From the sequence record PV764601.1: DNA of 64,000 bases; one strand, written 5' to 3'. This document shows, in pieces, positions 16,754-25,346 of the stretch. The position numbers were made by a program, and so were the translations under genes. The notes under the pieces were generated by a model. That model did no database searches and was not told the DNA's origin. It saw nothing but the letters and a program-made list of their open reading frames with translations. Every line of letters begins with the position of its first letter. Within the stretch, counting starts at the first letter, position 1.

Positions 16754-19432
16754 ATGATGAGTAACGGAAGGTTCCCCAAAGCAGCAGCGAAGCAGAAGGT
16801 TGTTCAGTTGTGGGACTACTGCGATGATGACGAGTGCATGTGCTGCACCTCCGATTGCGACTGCGAGTGCCACGACACCGAGAACAGGTACTCTGAGAAC
16901 GTTCGGTGCCGAGATTGCTGCAAGGGTGTCTCTCTTGACGTAGCGGCCGAAGACGTGCCTTTGCTAGAAAGGCCCTACATCAAGGTGCAGGATACCGCCA
17001 CGCTTCGCGCCTGCATTCTTTTCATCGTGGACTCCCTGCGGGAGAACATGGCGACTTTGTTCCGTAATCGCCGCTCTCCTGAAATGCAGGAGATATTCTA
17101 CAAGTACCTCGGGATGGCTGTGCCAACAGTGGCTGCCTACCTCAAGGACTCCCCTGATCTATACCCAGCATTCAACCAGCCTGCTGTCATTCCTAGCTCT
17201 TGGGTGATTGCAAAGGAAGCGGCAGGCCATGAGCGCATCATGCCGAACACGGTTCGCTCTGCCTACATGTCGGGTTCTAACGCACACGAATACAATTCGG
17301 TAACTGAGTTCAGTACAGGTCACATCACGAACGACCTTGGCGTAGCCGCCCGAGCCATGACTGAGCAGTGCTTCGGTAACGACGTATTCCCCGTGCAAGA
17401 TTGCAAGTGGGATTTGATGGATTCCAACACGTTCCCTGACGTGTACCATGTGTGGGCGTTCTTCTTCATCTTGCTGTCCCAAGACCGTGCCCGCGACGAT
17501 GATCCGGACAACTACAAGTCCACCCGTGAGCAGGCGTTCGTGAATGGCAACACAGACTCCATTCCACTATACGAGATTGACTTCCGCAATCTGCAAAGCG
17601 CCTTGGCAAACGACGTGTTCAGTCGGCGGGCTGCAACAAGCCAAATTCATTTTAGCGTCGAACAGGTAATGATGAAGGAGGATCAAGTCCACATGTACGC
17701 GATGGCGTGCGTCGGACGCATGCCGCTGGTCATTCCTCTGGAGGCTATGGAGAACGAGACACAACTCATCAACTGGATGGAACGCCTCAGTTTCGACACA
17801 GGGCGCAGCCAGCGCGAGTTTGAGGCCGATCGTAAAGAACAAGAGCGTCGCATAGCAGTGCGCAGGACGTTCGGCTTCCAAGTGACAGAGCCTACACAAT
17901 ACAGGCTGTATGGACCCGCTCATATCGAGGGCATCCACTTCAATGTCACTCCTGAGACGAAAGCCAAGGCTGAATCCATGCTGGTCAACCTTGGATGGAA
18001 GGCCATCGCGGAAGTCTTCGATTCTGCGTTAGACCCATACGAGGATCGCTTCCTTGGTTACATATCGGGCTATCCTGACACACGTGACTTTCCCAGCCGC
18101 GTGATGAAGTGGGAACGCTTCCGTAAGGGCACCGCACCTACGGTGGTGCGGGTAGGTAATATCTTCCTGTCGGCTTCTCCTGCCCTCACGTATCATGCCC
18201 TGCTTAACTCGCTGACTACGGACGTTGTATCCACTCAGGATTCCTTGGTTACAGGGATTCAGATTAAGCGGGCGACGGCGCTCCTGCATGATTACGAGGA
18301 CGTGGAACGGGACTTGACGGAAACCACAAAGTCGCTGCTGGCTTTGCGTGCACGTAAGGCCGAGTTGCAGGAGCAGATTCGTCGCATCTGTTCTTTCACT
18401 GCGGAGGACGTGAACCTCGCGCTGGCAGAACTCAATAGCTACACGTGGATTGAGCATGTGGAGTTGCTGCCCTCGGGCACGGTCATCGTCCAAACGAATG
18501 ACCTGTACTACCAGCCGCCGGAAGTGTCAGGTTTTGACGATGAGGACGAAACGGATAACCGGGCGGTGCCAAGCCAGTTCTACATTGGCCAGTATCAGAT
18601 TGCACTGTCTCTAGTCAATACCGACCTCGCCATTCGCAACATTGCAGCACCGCTTGCCTACGAATTGGAATACTCTGAGCCCCGGCTGCGTATACGCATC
18701 CATCCACACATGGCTGTCCCGAGCAGCCAAGAGTCGCATGGCTCCCTGTGCTTAGGTTCGTTCCATAGCGAGTTGGAAGATCACATTTCCACCGCTTCCA
18801 ATTCGGTTGTAGGTAACTTGCGTTACAGGTTGCAGCTGCTTTACGACTTCTTGGCTACGCCGGATCGCAACGACCTGTACGTGAGGGCATGGGCCAAGAC
18901 GTATGGAGACAAGCCCGACGCTGAGTACATGGCGGTTTCTCCGTGGAAAGACCTCATCGGAAACATGGCGCCCTCCCTGTCACCAATTGGTACACGCAGG
19001 AGGTCGAAGGGTTCCCATCAAAACATGGGAGCATCAGGCTCGAAGTTGCTTGCGTTGAAGAGTCAGACTAGCAATCCGAAGTTCGACAACATCGTTGCAC
19101 AGGTGTCCAATGCGGAACTAGACTGGCACAGGATTCCTGTTACTCGGGAGACAGTGCTGAGGCTTGAAGAGTTGGTCCATGTAACCGAAGGTTATTTCAA
19201 GTTGAACAACATCAGCAACGAAAGTTGCCCCGGCTGTAACATGCTGCAACACAAGTGCGTATGTTGCAAACATGAGCCGAGCGAAGAATGTGGCTGTTGT
19301 GGTACGTGCAAGCGTACTCGGTGCAGTTGCTGCTCGGACTGTGAGTCCTCTCCCTGCAAGTGTTGCAACCGCTGCTTGTGCACTCCAGAAGATTGCGAGT
19401 GCGACGATGATATTGAGGATGATGAACTTTAA
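16754..19432 (+). CDS. Large multidomain protein with coiled coil, prokaryotic E2/UBC-like domain and Cys-rich termini
   Basis: HPH (aa 650-652)...GSLCLG (Cys666)...LYDFLATPDRNDLY is an E2-like signature; CxCC repeats at both ends. Confidence 0.65.
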   Translation: MMSNGRFPKAAAKQKVVQLWDYCDDDECMCCTSDCDCECHDTENRYSENVRCRDCCKGVSLDVAAEDVPLLERPYIKVQDTATLRACILFIVDSLRENMATLFRNRRSPEMQEIFYKYLGMAVPTVAAYLKDSPDLYPAFNQPAVIPSSWVIAKEAAGHERIMPNTVRSAYMSGSNAHEYNSVTEFSTGHITNDLGVAARAMTEQCFGNDVFPVQDCKWDLMDSNTFPDVYHVWAFFFILLSQDRARDDDPDNYKSTREQAFVNGNTDSIPLYEIDFRNLQSALANDVFSRRAATSQIHFSVEQVMMKEDQVHMYAMACVGRMPLVIPLEAMENETQLINWMERLSFDTGRSQREFEADRKEQERRIAVRRTFGFQVTEPTQYRLYGPAHIEGIHFNVTPETKAKAESMLVNLGWKAIAEVFDSALDPYEDRFLGYISGYPDTRDFPSRVMKWERFRKGTAPTVVRVGNIFLSASPALTYHALLNSLTTDVVSTQDSLVTGIQIKRATALLHDYEDVERDLTETTKSLLALRARKAELQEQIRRICSFTAEDVNLALAELNSYTWIEHVELLPSGTVIVQTNDLYYQPPEVSGFDDEDETDNRAVPSQFYIGQYQIALSLVNTDLAIRNIAAPLAYELEYSEPRLRIRIHPHMAVPSSQESHGSLCLGSFHSELEDHISTASNSVVGNLRYRLQLLYDFLATPDRNDLYVRAWAKTYGDKPDAEYMAVSPWKDLIGNMAPSLSPIGTRRRSKGSHQNMGASGSKLLALKSQTSNPKFDNIVAQVSNAELDWHRIPVTRETVLRLEELVHVTEGYFKLNNISNESCPGCNMLQHKCVCCKHEPSEECGCCGTCKRTRCSCCSDCESSPCKCCNRCLCTPEDCECDDDIEDDEL

Positions 19433-19444
19433 GGAGCACTAACG

Positions 19445-20128
19445 ATGGATCAAATTCGATTGACCGGTATCTTCGACCTGAGCAAGAGTAAGGCCACTGA
19501 GCGCACGCCTGCGGTGGTTGTCGGGGCAGGGGCCTTGGGCAGCGCGGTAGCGTTGCAGTTGTCAAAGATCGGTGTACCGTTCGTTGTCTATGATGATGAC
19601 GTGGTGGAATCCCACAACCTGCCGAACCAATGCCTGTACGGTCCCGATGACGTGGGGACGAACAAGGCTGTTGCCTTGGTGGATCGCCTGCGTCAAGTTT
19701 CGGACACGCGAGTGGGCGCGTGTCCTCGCCGCCTCAATAAGCCCAGGTTTGAGGCCACTCCATATGTGTTCGTATGCGTGGACAACATGGCATCGCGCCG
19801 TGCCTTCGCGGAGAACTACTTGCCGTGTGAGGGTGGTGCGTTTCTGGATGGACGCATGGGAGCCCGGGATGCAATCTCGTTCCTGCTTGATCGCAGCAAG
19901 GAATGGCAACGCACTAATTACATTGGTGGCCTGTTCGATGACGACGACGCCAATGTAGAACGCGCGGCTTGTGGGGCAACCCTCAGTGTCGGAGCTACGG
20001 CGCAGATTGTCGCGTCACAGATGATCTGGCAGTTCATGAATTTCGTCATGGGCCGCCCGACACCTAACACGGTGGTGACAAGCGTGGGTGAAGAATGGGG
20101 AATGCACAGCGTAACATGGCAGGAGTAA
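19445..20128 (+). CDS. ThiF/MoeB/E1-family adenylyltransferase
   Basis: VVGAGALGS, DDDVVESHNLPNQ, GTNKA, CVDN, DGRMG and candidate catalytic Cys176 (ERAACGA). Confidence 0.9.
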   Translation: MDQIRLTGIFDLSKSKATERTPAVVVGAGALGSAVALQLSKIGVPFVVYDDDVVESHNLPNQCLYGPDDVGTNKAVALVDRLRQVSDTRVGACPRRLNKPRFEATPYVFVCVDNMASRRAFAENYLPCEGGAFLDGRMGARDAISFLLDRSKEWQRTNYIGGLFDDDDANVERAACGATLSVGATAQIVASQMIWQFMNFVMGRPTPNTVVTSVGEEWGMHSVTWQE

Positions 20129-20307
20129 CATGGGAGATTGTCACCGAACAGGTGGCGCCGCACAACGGCAAGAGCTACGTCATCAAGAAGCGTGACGTAG
20201 ACGGCCGAACAGAGTACCAGCTGTGGGTCAACAAGCTGCTGATGGAGCAGACGTTCGACACCGACAAGCTGCGTGAACGCATTGAGCACACTGCACAACT
20301 ACGATAA
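20116..20307 (+). CDS. hypothetical protein
   Basis: Small ORF overlapping the E1 stop. Confidence 0.5.
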   Translation: MAGVTWEIVTEQVAPHNGKSYVIKKRDVDGRTEYQLWVNKLLMEQTFDTDKLRERIEHTAQLR

Positions 20308-20317
20308 AGGAATTGAA

Positions 20318-21004
20318 ATGCTCGTTACTCCGAAGCTCATCACCTATACCGCCGAATGGTTGCATGGTCTGCGTGACCAGTACCCCATCGGTGCCAATCC
20401 CCACAACGAAAGTTTCCATGAGCATCTGGATCAGTTCCAGAAGCTGGAGGATGGTTCCTACCGTGCCCCATTCGTGTACGAGCACGCAACGCTGCCGGGT
20501 GTGTTCACGGGCGACCTCAACTTCGATCATGAAATCAACCGCTCCAAGCAGGACGGCAAGCGCAAGTTCGATCTTGACTATCCAGAGTTCCCTGAGCACA
20601 ACGCGGGCATCTACGACGACTTGGGCGAGGATGGCGAACCGAAGAAGCGCTACCTCAACTGCTATGGCGTAGTGGACACCCCGGAACAGCTGTTTGAACT
20701 GTTCCCCATTATCGACGCTCTGGAGAATCGGTACTTCTGCGTCAGCATGGTTGAAATGCGCAGGGACGAGCAGGAGCCGAATGGCGGTTGGCGCTGGCAC
20801 AAGTGGGGCGCGTACCTTGGTACCCGTGAACCGCAGTTCGAGTATCTCTATGACGAGACGGCGGAGAACCGTTCGGATGGCAAGGCCATCGACGCGGTGT
20901 GGGTGTACCATATCTACGAACTTGTGGAAGGGGATATGGTGCATCCCGTAATCGTGGAACGGCAGAAGTGGCTGCGTCGCCAGCAGGGGAACGCAGCGGA
21001 GTAA
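20318..21004 (+). CDS. conserved-looking phage hypothetical protein
   Basis: AAGGA SD; YGVVD and GGWRWHKWGAYLG motifs. Confidence 0.7.
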   Translation: MLVTPKLITYTAEWLHGLRDQYPIGANPHNESFHEHLDQFQKLEDGSYRAPFVYEHATLPGVFTGDLNFDHEINRSKQDGKRKFDLDYPEFPEHNAGIYDDLGEDGEPKKRYLNCYGVVDTPEQLFELFPIIDALENRYFCVSMVEMRRDEQEPNGGWRWHKWGAYLGTREPQFEYLYDETAENRSDGKAIDAVWVYHIYELVEGDMVHPVIVERQKWLRRQQGNAAE

Positions 21005-21013
21005 GACCGGAAG

Positions 21014-21041
21014 AGCCCTGTGAGAAATCGCAGGGCTTTCT
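21014..21041 (+). terminator. Rho-independent terminator
   Basis: AGCCCTGTGA-GAAA-TCGCAGGGCT-TTCT. Confidence 0.7.
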
Positions 21042-21057
21042 GCACATTGAGGCATCC

Positions 21058-21065
21058 TGTAAATA
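21058..21065 (+). promoter_or_regulatory. TGTAAATA phage promoter motif
   Basis: Between terminator and topoisomerase start. Confidence 0.7.
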
Positions 21066-21097
21066 TAGGGTATGACGTTCAACCAAGAGGAACCGAC

Positions 21098-22990
21098 GTG
21101 GCGAAAGCCAGCTATTCAGAGAAGCAAGTAAAAGTCCTGATTGGCTTGAAAGCCGTTCAGGCCAAAGCCGGTATGTATATCGGCCTTACAGATTCAACGG
21201 GTATCGGCACCATCGGCCGCGAGCCGCTGGACAACATCGTTGACGAATTCAAGGCAGGCCGTGGCGCTTCTGTTACCCTGTTGATCGACACGAAGGCGTG
21301 GAAATTCTGGACCATTGACTCGGCAGGTGGTATGCCAGTCAAGCCGCACACGCTGGAAATCGAAGGCCGCAAGGTCAAGGAGTCGGCACTCAAGTCGCTG
21401 GTCAGTCGCCTGCATGCAGGCGCAAAGTTTGACAAGGGTGCTTACGAGAACGCGGGTGGTACGCACGGCGTTGGCCTCAAGGCTACCAATGCGCTGTCGA
21501 AGCACTTTGAGGTTCACACCTTCCGAGACAAGGTGTGGTGGCACACTCAGTACGCCGATGGCGTGGAGAAGAAGCCGGTCAAGAAGGCGACTGCCCCCAA
21601 GTTGCCGTTCGGGGTCAAGGTCAAGAAGGGCACGGCGATCCACTGGATTCCGGACCTCAAGTATTTCGACAAGGGCTCGAAGATTCCGATCGACTACTTC
21701 GAGCAGTGGTGTGAACTCGCTGCTTACCTCAACGCCGGGCTGGAAGTCACGCTCATCGTTGATGGCAAGAAGAAGCAGTGGAAGTTCAAGGATGGCGTCA
21801 AGGACTTCCTCGGTGCGCAGTGCAAGAAGCTCAAGGCTACTGTCACTGGCAAGCCGTTCGTCCTGACCGAGAAGGGGTTCCCTGCTGAGATTGCGCTGGC
21901 GTTCACAGATGCCGAAGGCGACAACATCGAGGCATACACCAACTCGATCCACAACAAGAATGGCGGTCTGCATGTAGACATTCTGAAACAGTGTCTCTAC
22001 AATGCCATCGTCAAGTACGCCAACAGCAAGCAGTCCTTCCGAAAGGACGACGTGCTCGAAGGTGCAGTAGGCATCATCAACGCCAAACTCGATGCTCCCC
22101 GATTCAGCAGTCAGGACAAGGCACAGCTGGTTGACGGCCGGGTCAACGACATGCTGCCCACGCCGTTGCAGAAGAAGCTGGATGAGTTCTTCGCACAAAA
22201 CAAGACTCTGGCCAAGACGCTGTGCGAGAAGGCAGCGGCTGTGCGTGGAGCTAAGGCGGAATTCACTGCCTCAAAGAAGGCCATCGCTGCGCTGAACTCG
22301 GGCAAGAAGAAGGGCAACAACATGCCTGCCAAGTTCGTCAGCGCCAACTGCGCTCCGCATAAGCGTGAGACGTTCTTGGTGGAAGGTGACTCGGCAGGTG
22401 GTACGGCGAAGAAGGCCCGAGACAAAACGCATCAGGAAATCTTGCCGCTACGAGGCAAGATTCTGAACGTCATGAAGCAGAAGGACATTAACGCGGCCTT
22501 CAACAGTGACGAAGTGTTGTTCATCCTGCGTGCGCTGGGCTTCGATCCGACCAAGAAGAATCCGCTTGACCACCTGCGTACTGGCAAGATGATTATGCTG
22601 ACCGACGCGGACGTTGACGGTCGCCACATCGAAACGCTTGTGATCGCCCTGCTGGTCAAGTACGTGCCGGGTGTGTTTGAGCGTGGCCTGATCTACACGG
22701 TGGACAGTCCGGAGTACACTTACTACGACGCCAAGACCAGGACCTATTACATGGCGAAGTCGCGTAAGGAACTGTGGGCCAAGATGCCGAAGGGTGCAGA
22801 CCGCAACAAGGTCAACCACCTCAAGGGGTGGGGTGAGGCAGCTCCAGAAATGCTGCGTGAGGCAGCGTTCGATGCCACCACCCGTAAGCTCAAGCGCATC
22901 ACGCTCAAGGATGCAAAGTCGCTGTCCAAGTTCACGCTGCTGATGGCCGACGACGTGACGGCACGCAAGAAGCTGCTGGGGATTCCGTGA
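21098..22990 (+). CDS. Type IIA DNA topoisomerase subunit B (GyrB/ParE-like)
   Basis: GHKL motifs (EPLDNIVDE, DSAGGMP, GGTHGVG); TOPRIM EGDSA, PLRGKILNV, TDADVDG. Confidence 0.95.
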   Translation: MAKASYSEKQVKVLIGLKAVQAKAGMYIGLTDSTGIGTIGREPLDNIVDEFKAGRGASVTLLIDTKAWKFWTIDSAGGMPVKPHTLEIEGRKVKESALKSLVSRLHAGAKFDKGAYENAGGTHGVGLKATNALSKHFEVHTFRDKVWWHTQYADGVEKKPVKKATAPKLPFGVKVKKGTAIHWIPDLKYFDKGSKIPIDYFEQWCELAAYLNAGLEVTLIVDGKKKQWKFKDGVKDFLGAQCKKLKATVTGKPFVLTEKGFPAEIALAFTDAEGDNIEAYTNSIHNKNGGLHVDILKQCLYNAIVKYANSKQSFRKDDVLEGAVGIINAKLDAPRFSSQDKAQLVDGRVNDMLPTPLQKKLDEFFAQNKTLAKTLCEKAAAVRGAKAEFTASKKAIAALNSGKKKGNNMPAKFVSANCAPHKRETFLVEGDSAGGTAKKARDKTHQEILPLRGKILNVMKQKDINAAFNSDEVLFILRALGFDPTKKNPLDHLRTGKMIMLTDADVDGRHIETLVIALLVKYVPGVFERGLIYTVDSPEYTYYDAKTRTYYMAKSRKELWAKMPKGADRNKVNHLKGWGEAAPEMLREAAFDATTRKLKRITLKDAKSLSKFTLLMADDVTARKKLLGIP

Positions 22991-23193
22991 TGGACATTCA
23001 AGCACTGCTGGCAGGCAAGACGATTGCCAAGGCGGAAGAGTTTCGGGAGGACGGCGAGCTAAAAGCTATCCAACTGACCTTCACTGATGGCAGCGAGTTC
23101 CGAGTCAACGGGGCTTGCATGTATCACGAGACGGAGGGATACCCATTCGGGTATCTCGCCATGAGCCATTTGGGAGCACGTAACGATGGCTAA
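22987..23193 (+). CDS. small hypothetical protein between the topoisomerase subunits
   Basis: Overlaps both neighbours. Confidence 0.55.
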   Translation: MMDIQALLAGKTIAKAEEFREDGELKAIQLTFTDGSEFRVNGACMYHETEGYPFGYLAMSHLGARNDG

Positions 23194-24700
23194 GGTAGCC
23201 AAGAAAGTGAAAGGCAAGAAAGTGAAGTCGGGTAAGGTCAAGACCAAGGCTTCGGGCAACAACGTGGTAGTCGATATTGACTTGGCCACTCATGGCGACG
23301 AGTGCATGTTCACCTATGGCCGTGCGGTCATTGAGGATCGTGCCTTCCCTGACTACCGCGATGGCCTGCTGCCTGTGCAGCGCCGCATCCTCTACGCGGC
23401 GTACAAGATGGGCATGGCTCCGAGTGGTGGCACCAAGAAGTCTGCTCGACTCGTGGGTGACGTGATCGGTAAGTACCATCCGCACGGTGACACCGCAGCC
23501 TATGGTTCTGTCGTGCAGATGGTGAACGCTTCGGAACCGTACTTCATTGGCCAAGGCAACTTTGGCTCGATGACTGACGAAGCGGCGGCGATGCGATACA
23601 CCGAGTTGAAGTTGAGTAAGTATGGCTACAACGTCTTCTTCTCGGCCGACCACCTTGAAGTTTCGGACATGGTGCCGAACTATGATGGTAAGGATCAAGA
23701 GCCAATGATCCTCCCGTCGCTGCTGCCGAACCTGCTGTTGAATGGTAGTTCGGGCAACATCGCGGTAGGTACGGCGGGTTGGGTTCCTGCCTTTGGCATG
23801 AAGGGCGTCATCGAACTGACGAAGAAGGCACTTCGGAAGCAGCCTATCGACGTGAAGGATTGCAGCAAGGCACTCAAGATCAACTACGCCCGACACGGCT
23901 CCACTCCCTGCACCCTGAACAAGGGCAGCAACGAGCAGAAGGAAATCCGGAAGGAGTGGCGTCAGCTGCTGTCCACTGGTGCTGGCCGTGCCATCGTCAC
24001 TTCGGACTACACCATCGACGCCAAGAATCGGACGATCAACATCACGTCCATTCCTCCGCAGACTGACGTGGAGAAGCTGATCGGGCGAGTCGCTGAGGAT
24101 GATCGTGTCAAGTCCTGTACGGATGAGACGAGTCGGAAAGACCCCTTCCTGATTCAAGTGGTTCTCAAGCAGGACATTGGTGTTCGGATGGTTGAGGCCA
24201 AGGCGCTTGAAGTGATCGAGAAGCACTTCTCCAAGCGATGCAGCTTCCGAATCAACGCCATCGAAAAGAGCTTCGACTACGAGACCGAAACGCCGTCAGC
24301 TGAACTGTTGCAGACCAGCGTGCTGGACTTCTTCAAGAAGTGGACCAAGTGGCGCATCGACCTTGAGGTCAAGGCCCTGAATTATCGGAAGGGCAAGACG
24401 CAAGAGCAGTTGGCGTTGCAGGAACTGATGCTGCTGGCATGCAAGAACATCGACTTGATCGTCAAGGCGCTGAAAGCGAAGAACACCGAAGAGGTGTTGA
24501 TGAAGGGCCTCAAGATCACGGCCGAGCAGGTGGACACGATCCTGAGTCGTCAGATTCGCAGCTTGAAGGCTCTGGAAGCCGAGAAGCTTGTGGAGAAGAT
24601 CAAGGAGACGAAGGCATTCCTGACTCAGCTGGATAAGTGGCTCAAGAAGCCAGCCGACAAGATCGTGGCTGACATTGATACAATGGTGGCCTCAATCTGA
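23186..24700 (+). CDS. Type IIA DNA topoisomerase subunit A (GyrA/ParC-like, no C-terminal pinwheel)
   Basis: RAFPDYRDGLLPVQRRIL, GKYHPHGD and AAAMRYTE (catalytic Tyr). Confidence 0.95.
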   Translation: MAKVAKKVKGKKVKSGKVKTKASGNNVVVDIDLATHGDECMFTYGRAVIEDRAFPDYRDGLLPVQRRILYAAYKMGMAPSGGTKKSARLVGDVIGKYHPHGDTAAYGSVVQMVNASEPYFIGQGNFGSMTDEAAAMRYTELKLSKYGYNVFFSADHLEVSDMVPNYDGKDQEPMILPSLLPNLLLNGSSGNIAVGTAGWVPAFGMKGVIELTKKALRKQPIDVKDCSKALKINYARHGSTPCTLNKGSNEQKEIRKEWRQLLSTGAGRAIVTSDYTIDAKNRTINITSIPPQTDVEKLIGRVAEDDRVKSCTDETSRKDPFLIQVVLKQDIGVRMVEAKALEVIEKHFSKRCSFRINAIEKSFDYETETPSAELLQTSVLDFFKKWTKWRIDLEVKALNYRKGKTQEQLALQELMLLACKNIDLIVKALKAKNTEEVLMKGLKITAEQVDTILSRQIRSLKALEAEKLVEKIKETKAFLTQLDKWLKKPADKIVADIDTMVASI

Positions 24701-24723
24701 GGCCACTACCTAGGGGAACCGAA

Positions 24724-25155
24724 ATGGAATTGTCTACTCAGTACGTTCTGTTTGGCTTGTGGTTTGGCTATCCGAGTTGCTGCGTGCGTGCATTCAGTCG
24801 CATGGAGGGCTGGTGCGAAACGGAGCAGATTCCAGAAGAGTTCGTGGGTACAGGATTCCGACCATGCCAGAATTGCGTTGAGACAATGCCTGCGACTGTG
24901 CTACTTGACCACATCAATCGCACCCGGATTTGCCCGCTGCCATTCGACGCCGGAATCAATCTCACGGCAAGGCAGCTGGCAGGCAAGTCAGCCAAGTCGT
25001 CCCAGGGATTCCACCAATGGGTCAACTCGCTGCCTGTGCCTTACGGGTGTGGTGCTAACGAGGTGGCACGAATGAGGCTAGGCCACTGGTCGCACTCCCT
25101 GACCCTCCGCCCGAAGACGTGGCAGGAACGCCTAGAAATGGAGATTGCGGAATAA
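24724..25155 (+). CDS. hypothetical protein
   Basis: GYPSCC and RPCQNC motifs. Confidence 0.65.
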   Translation: MELSTQYVLFGLWFGYPSCCVRAFSRMEGWCETEQIPEEFVGTGFRPCQNCVETMPATVLLDHINRTRICPLPFDAGINLTARQLAGKSAKSSQGFHQWVNSLPVPYGCGANEVARMRLGHWSHSLTLRPKTWQERLEMEIAE

Positions 25156-25159
25156 GAGA

Positions 25160-25309
25160 TTCTGCCAAGTGTGCCCAAATCGAACCTGAACGGAACCTGA
25201 ACGGCTGACAGGGGTGGTTTGACACCCGGCTAGGGGTGGTGTATGATAGTGGTGTAGAGTCATGCCCTGTGCCTGCACGCTACGCCAGATTCGCCAAGCA
25301 CACTTGGCA
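25160..25309 (+). promoter_or_regulatory. Repeated promoter module, copy 3
   Basis: TTGACA(25219)-17-TATGAT(25242); CTGAACG at 25186 and 25197; perfect 12-bp terminal inverted repeat 25163-25174/25298-25309. Confidence 0.8.
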
Positions 25310-25346
25310 AATTTCCCGGAACACTCCGACCAACGAAGGATCACAC

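Noticed and set aside
16252-20128. ThiS-ThiF or MoaD-MoeB cofactor biosynthesis operon
   Set aside because: No ThiG, MoaE or cysteine desulfurase is nearby, and an E2-like gene intervenes. It cannot be fully excluded without experiments.
20116-21004. JAB/MPN deconjugase downstream of E1
   Set aside because: Neither ORF has the E...HxH-x7-S-x2-D motif; I found no JAB gene in this window.
21098-24700. Calling the topoisomerase a DNA gyrase (gyrA/gyrB)
   Set aside because: The A subunit lacks the C-terminal pinwheel and GyrA box, so gene symbols were withheld.
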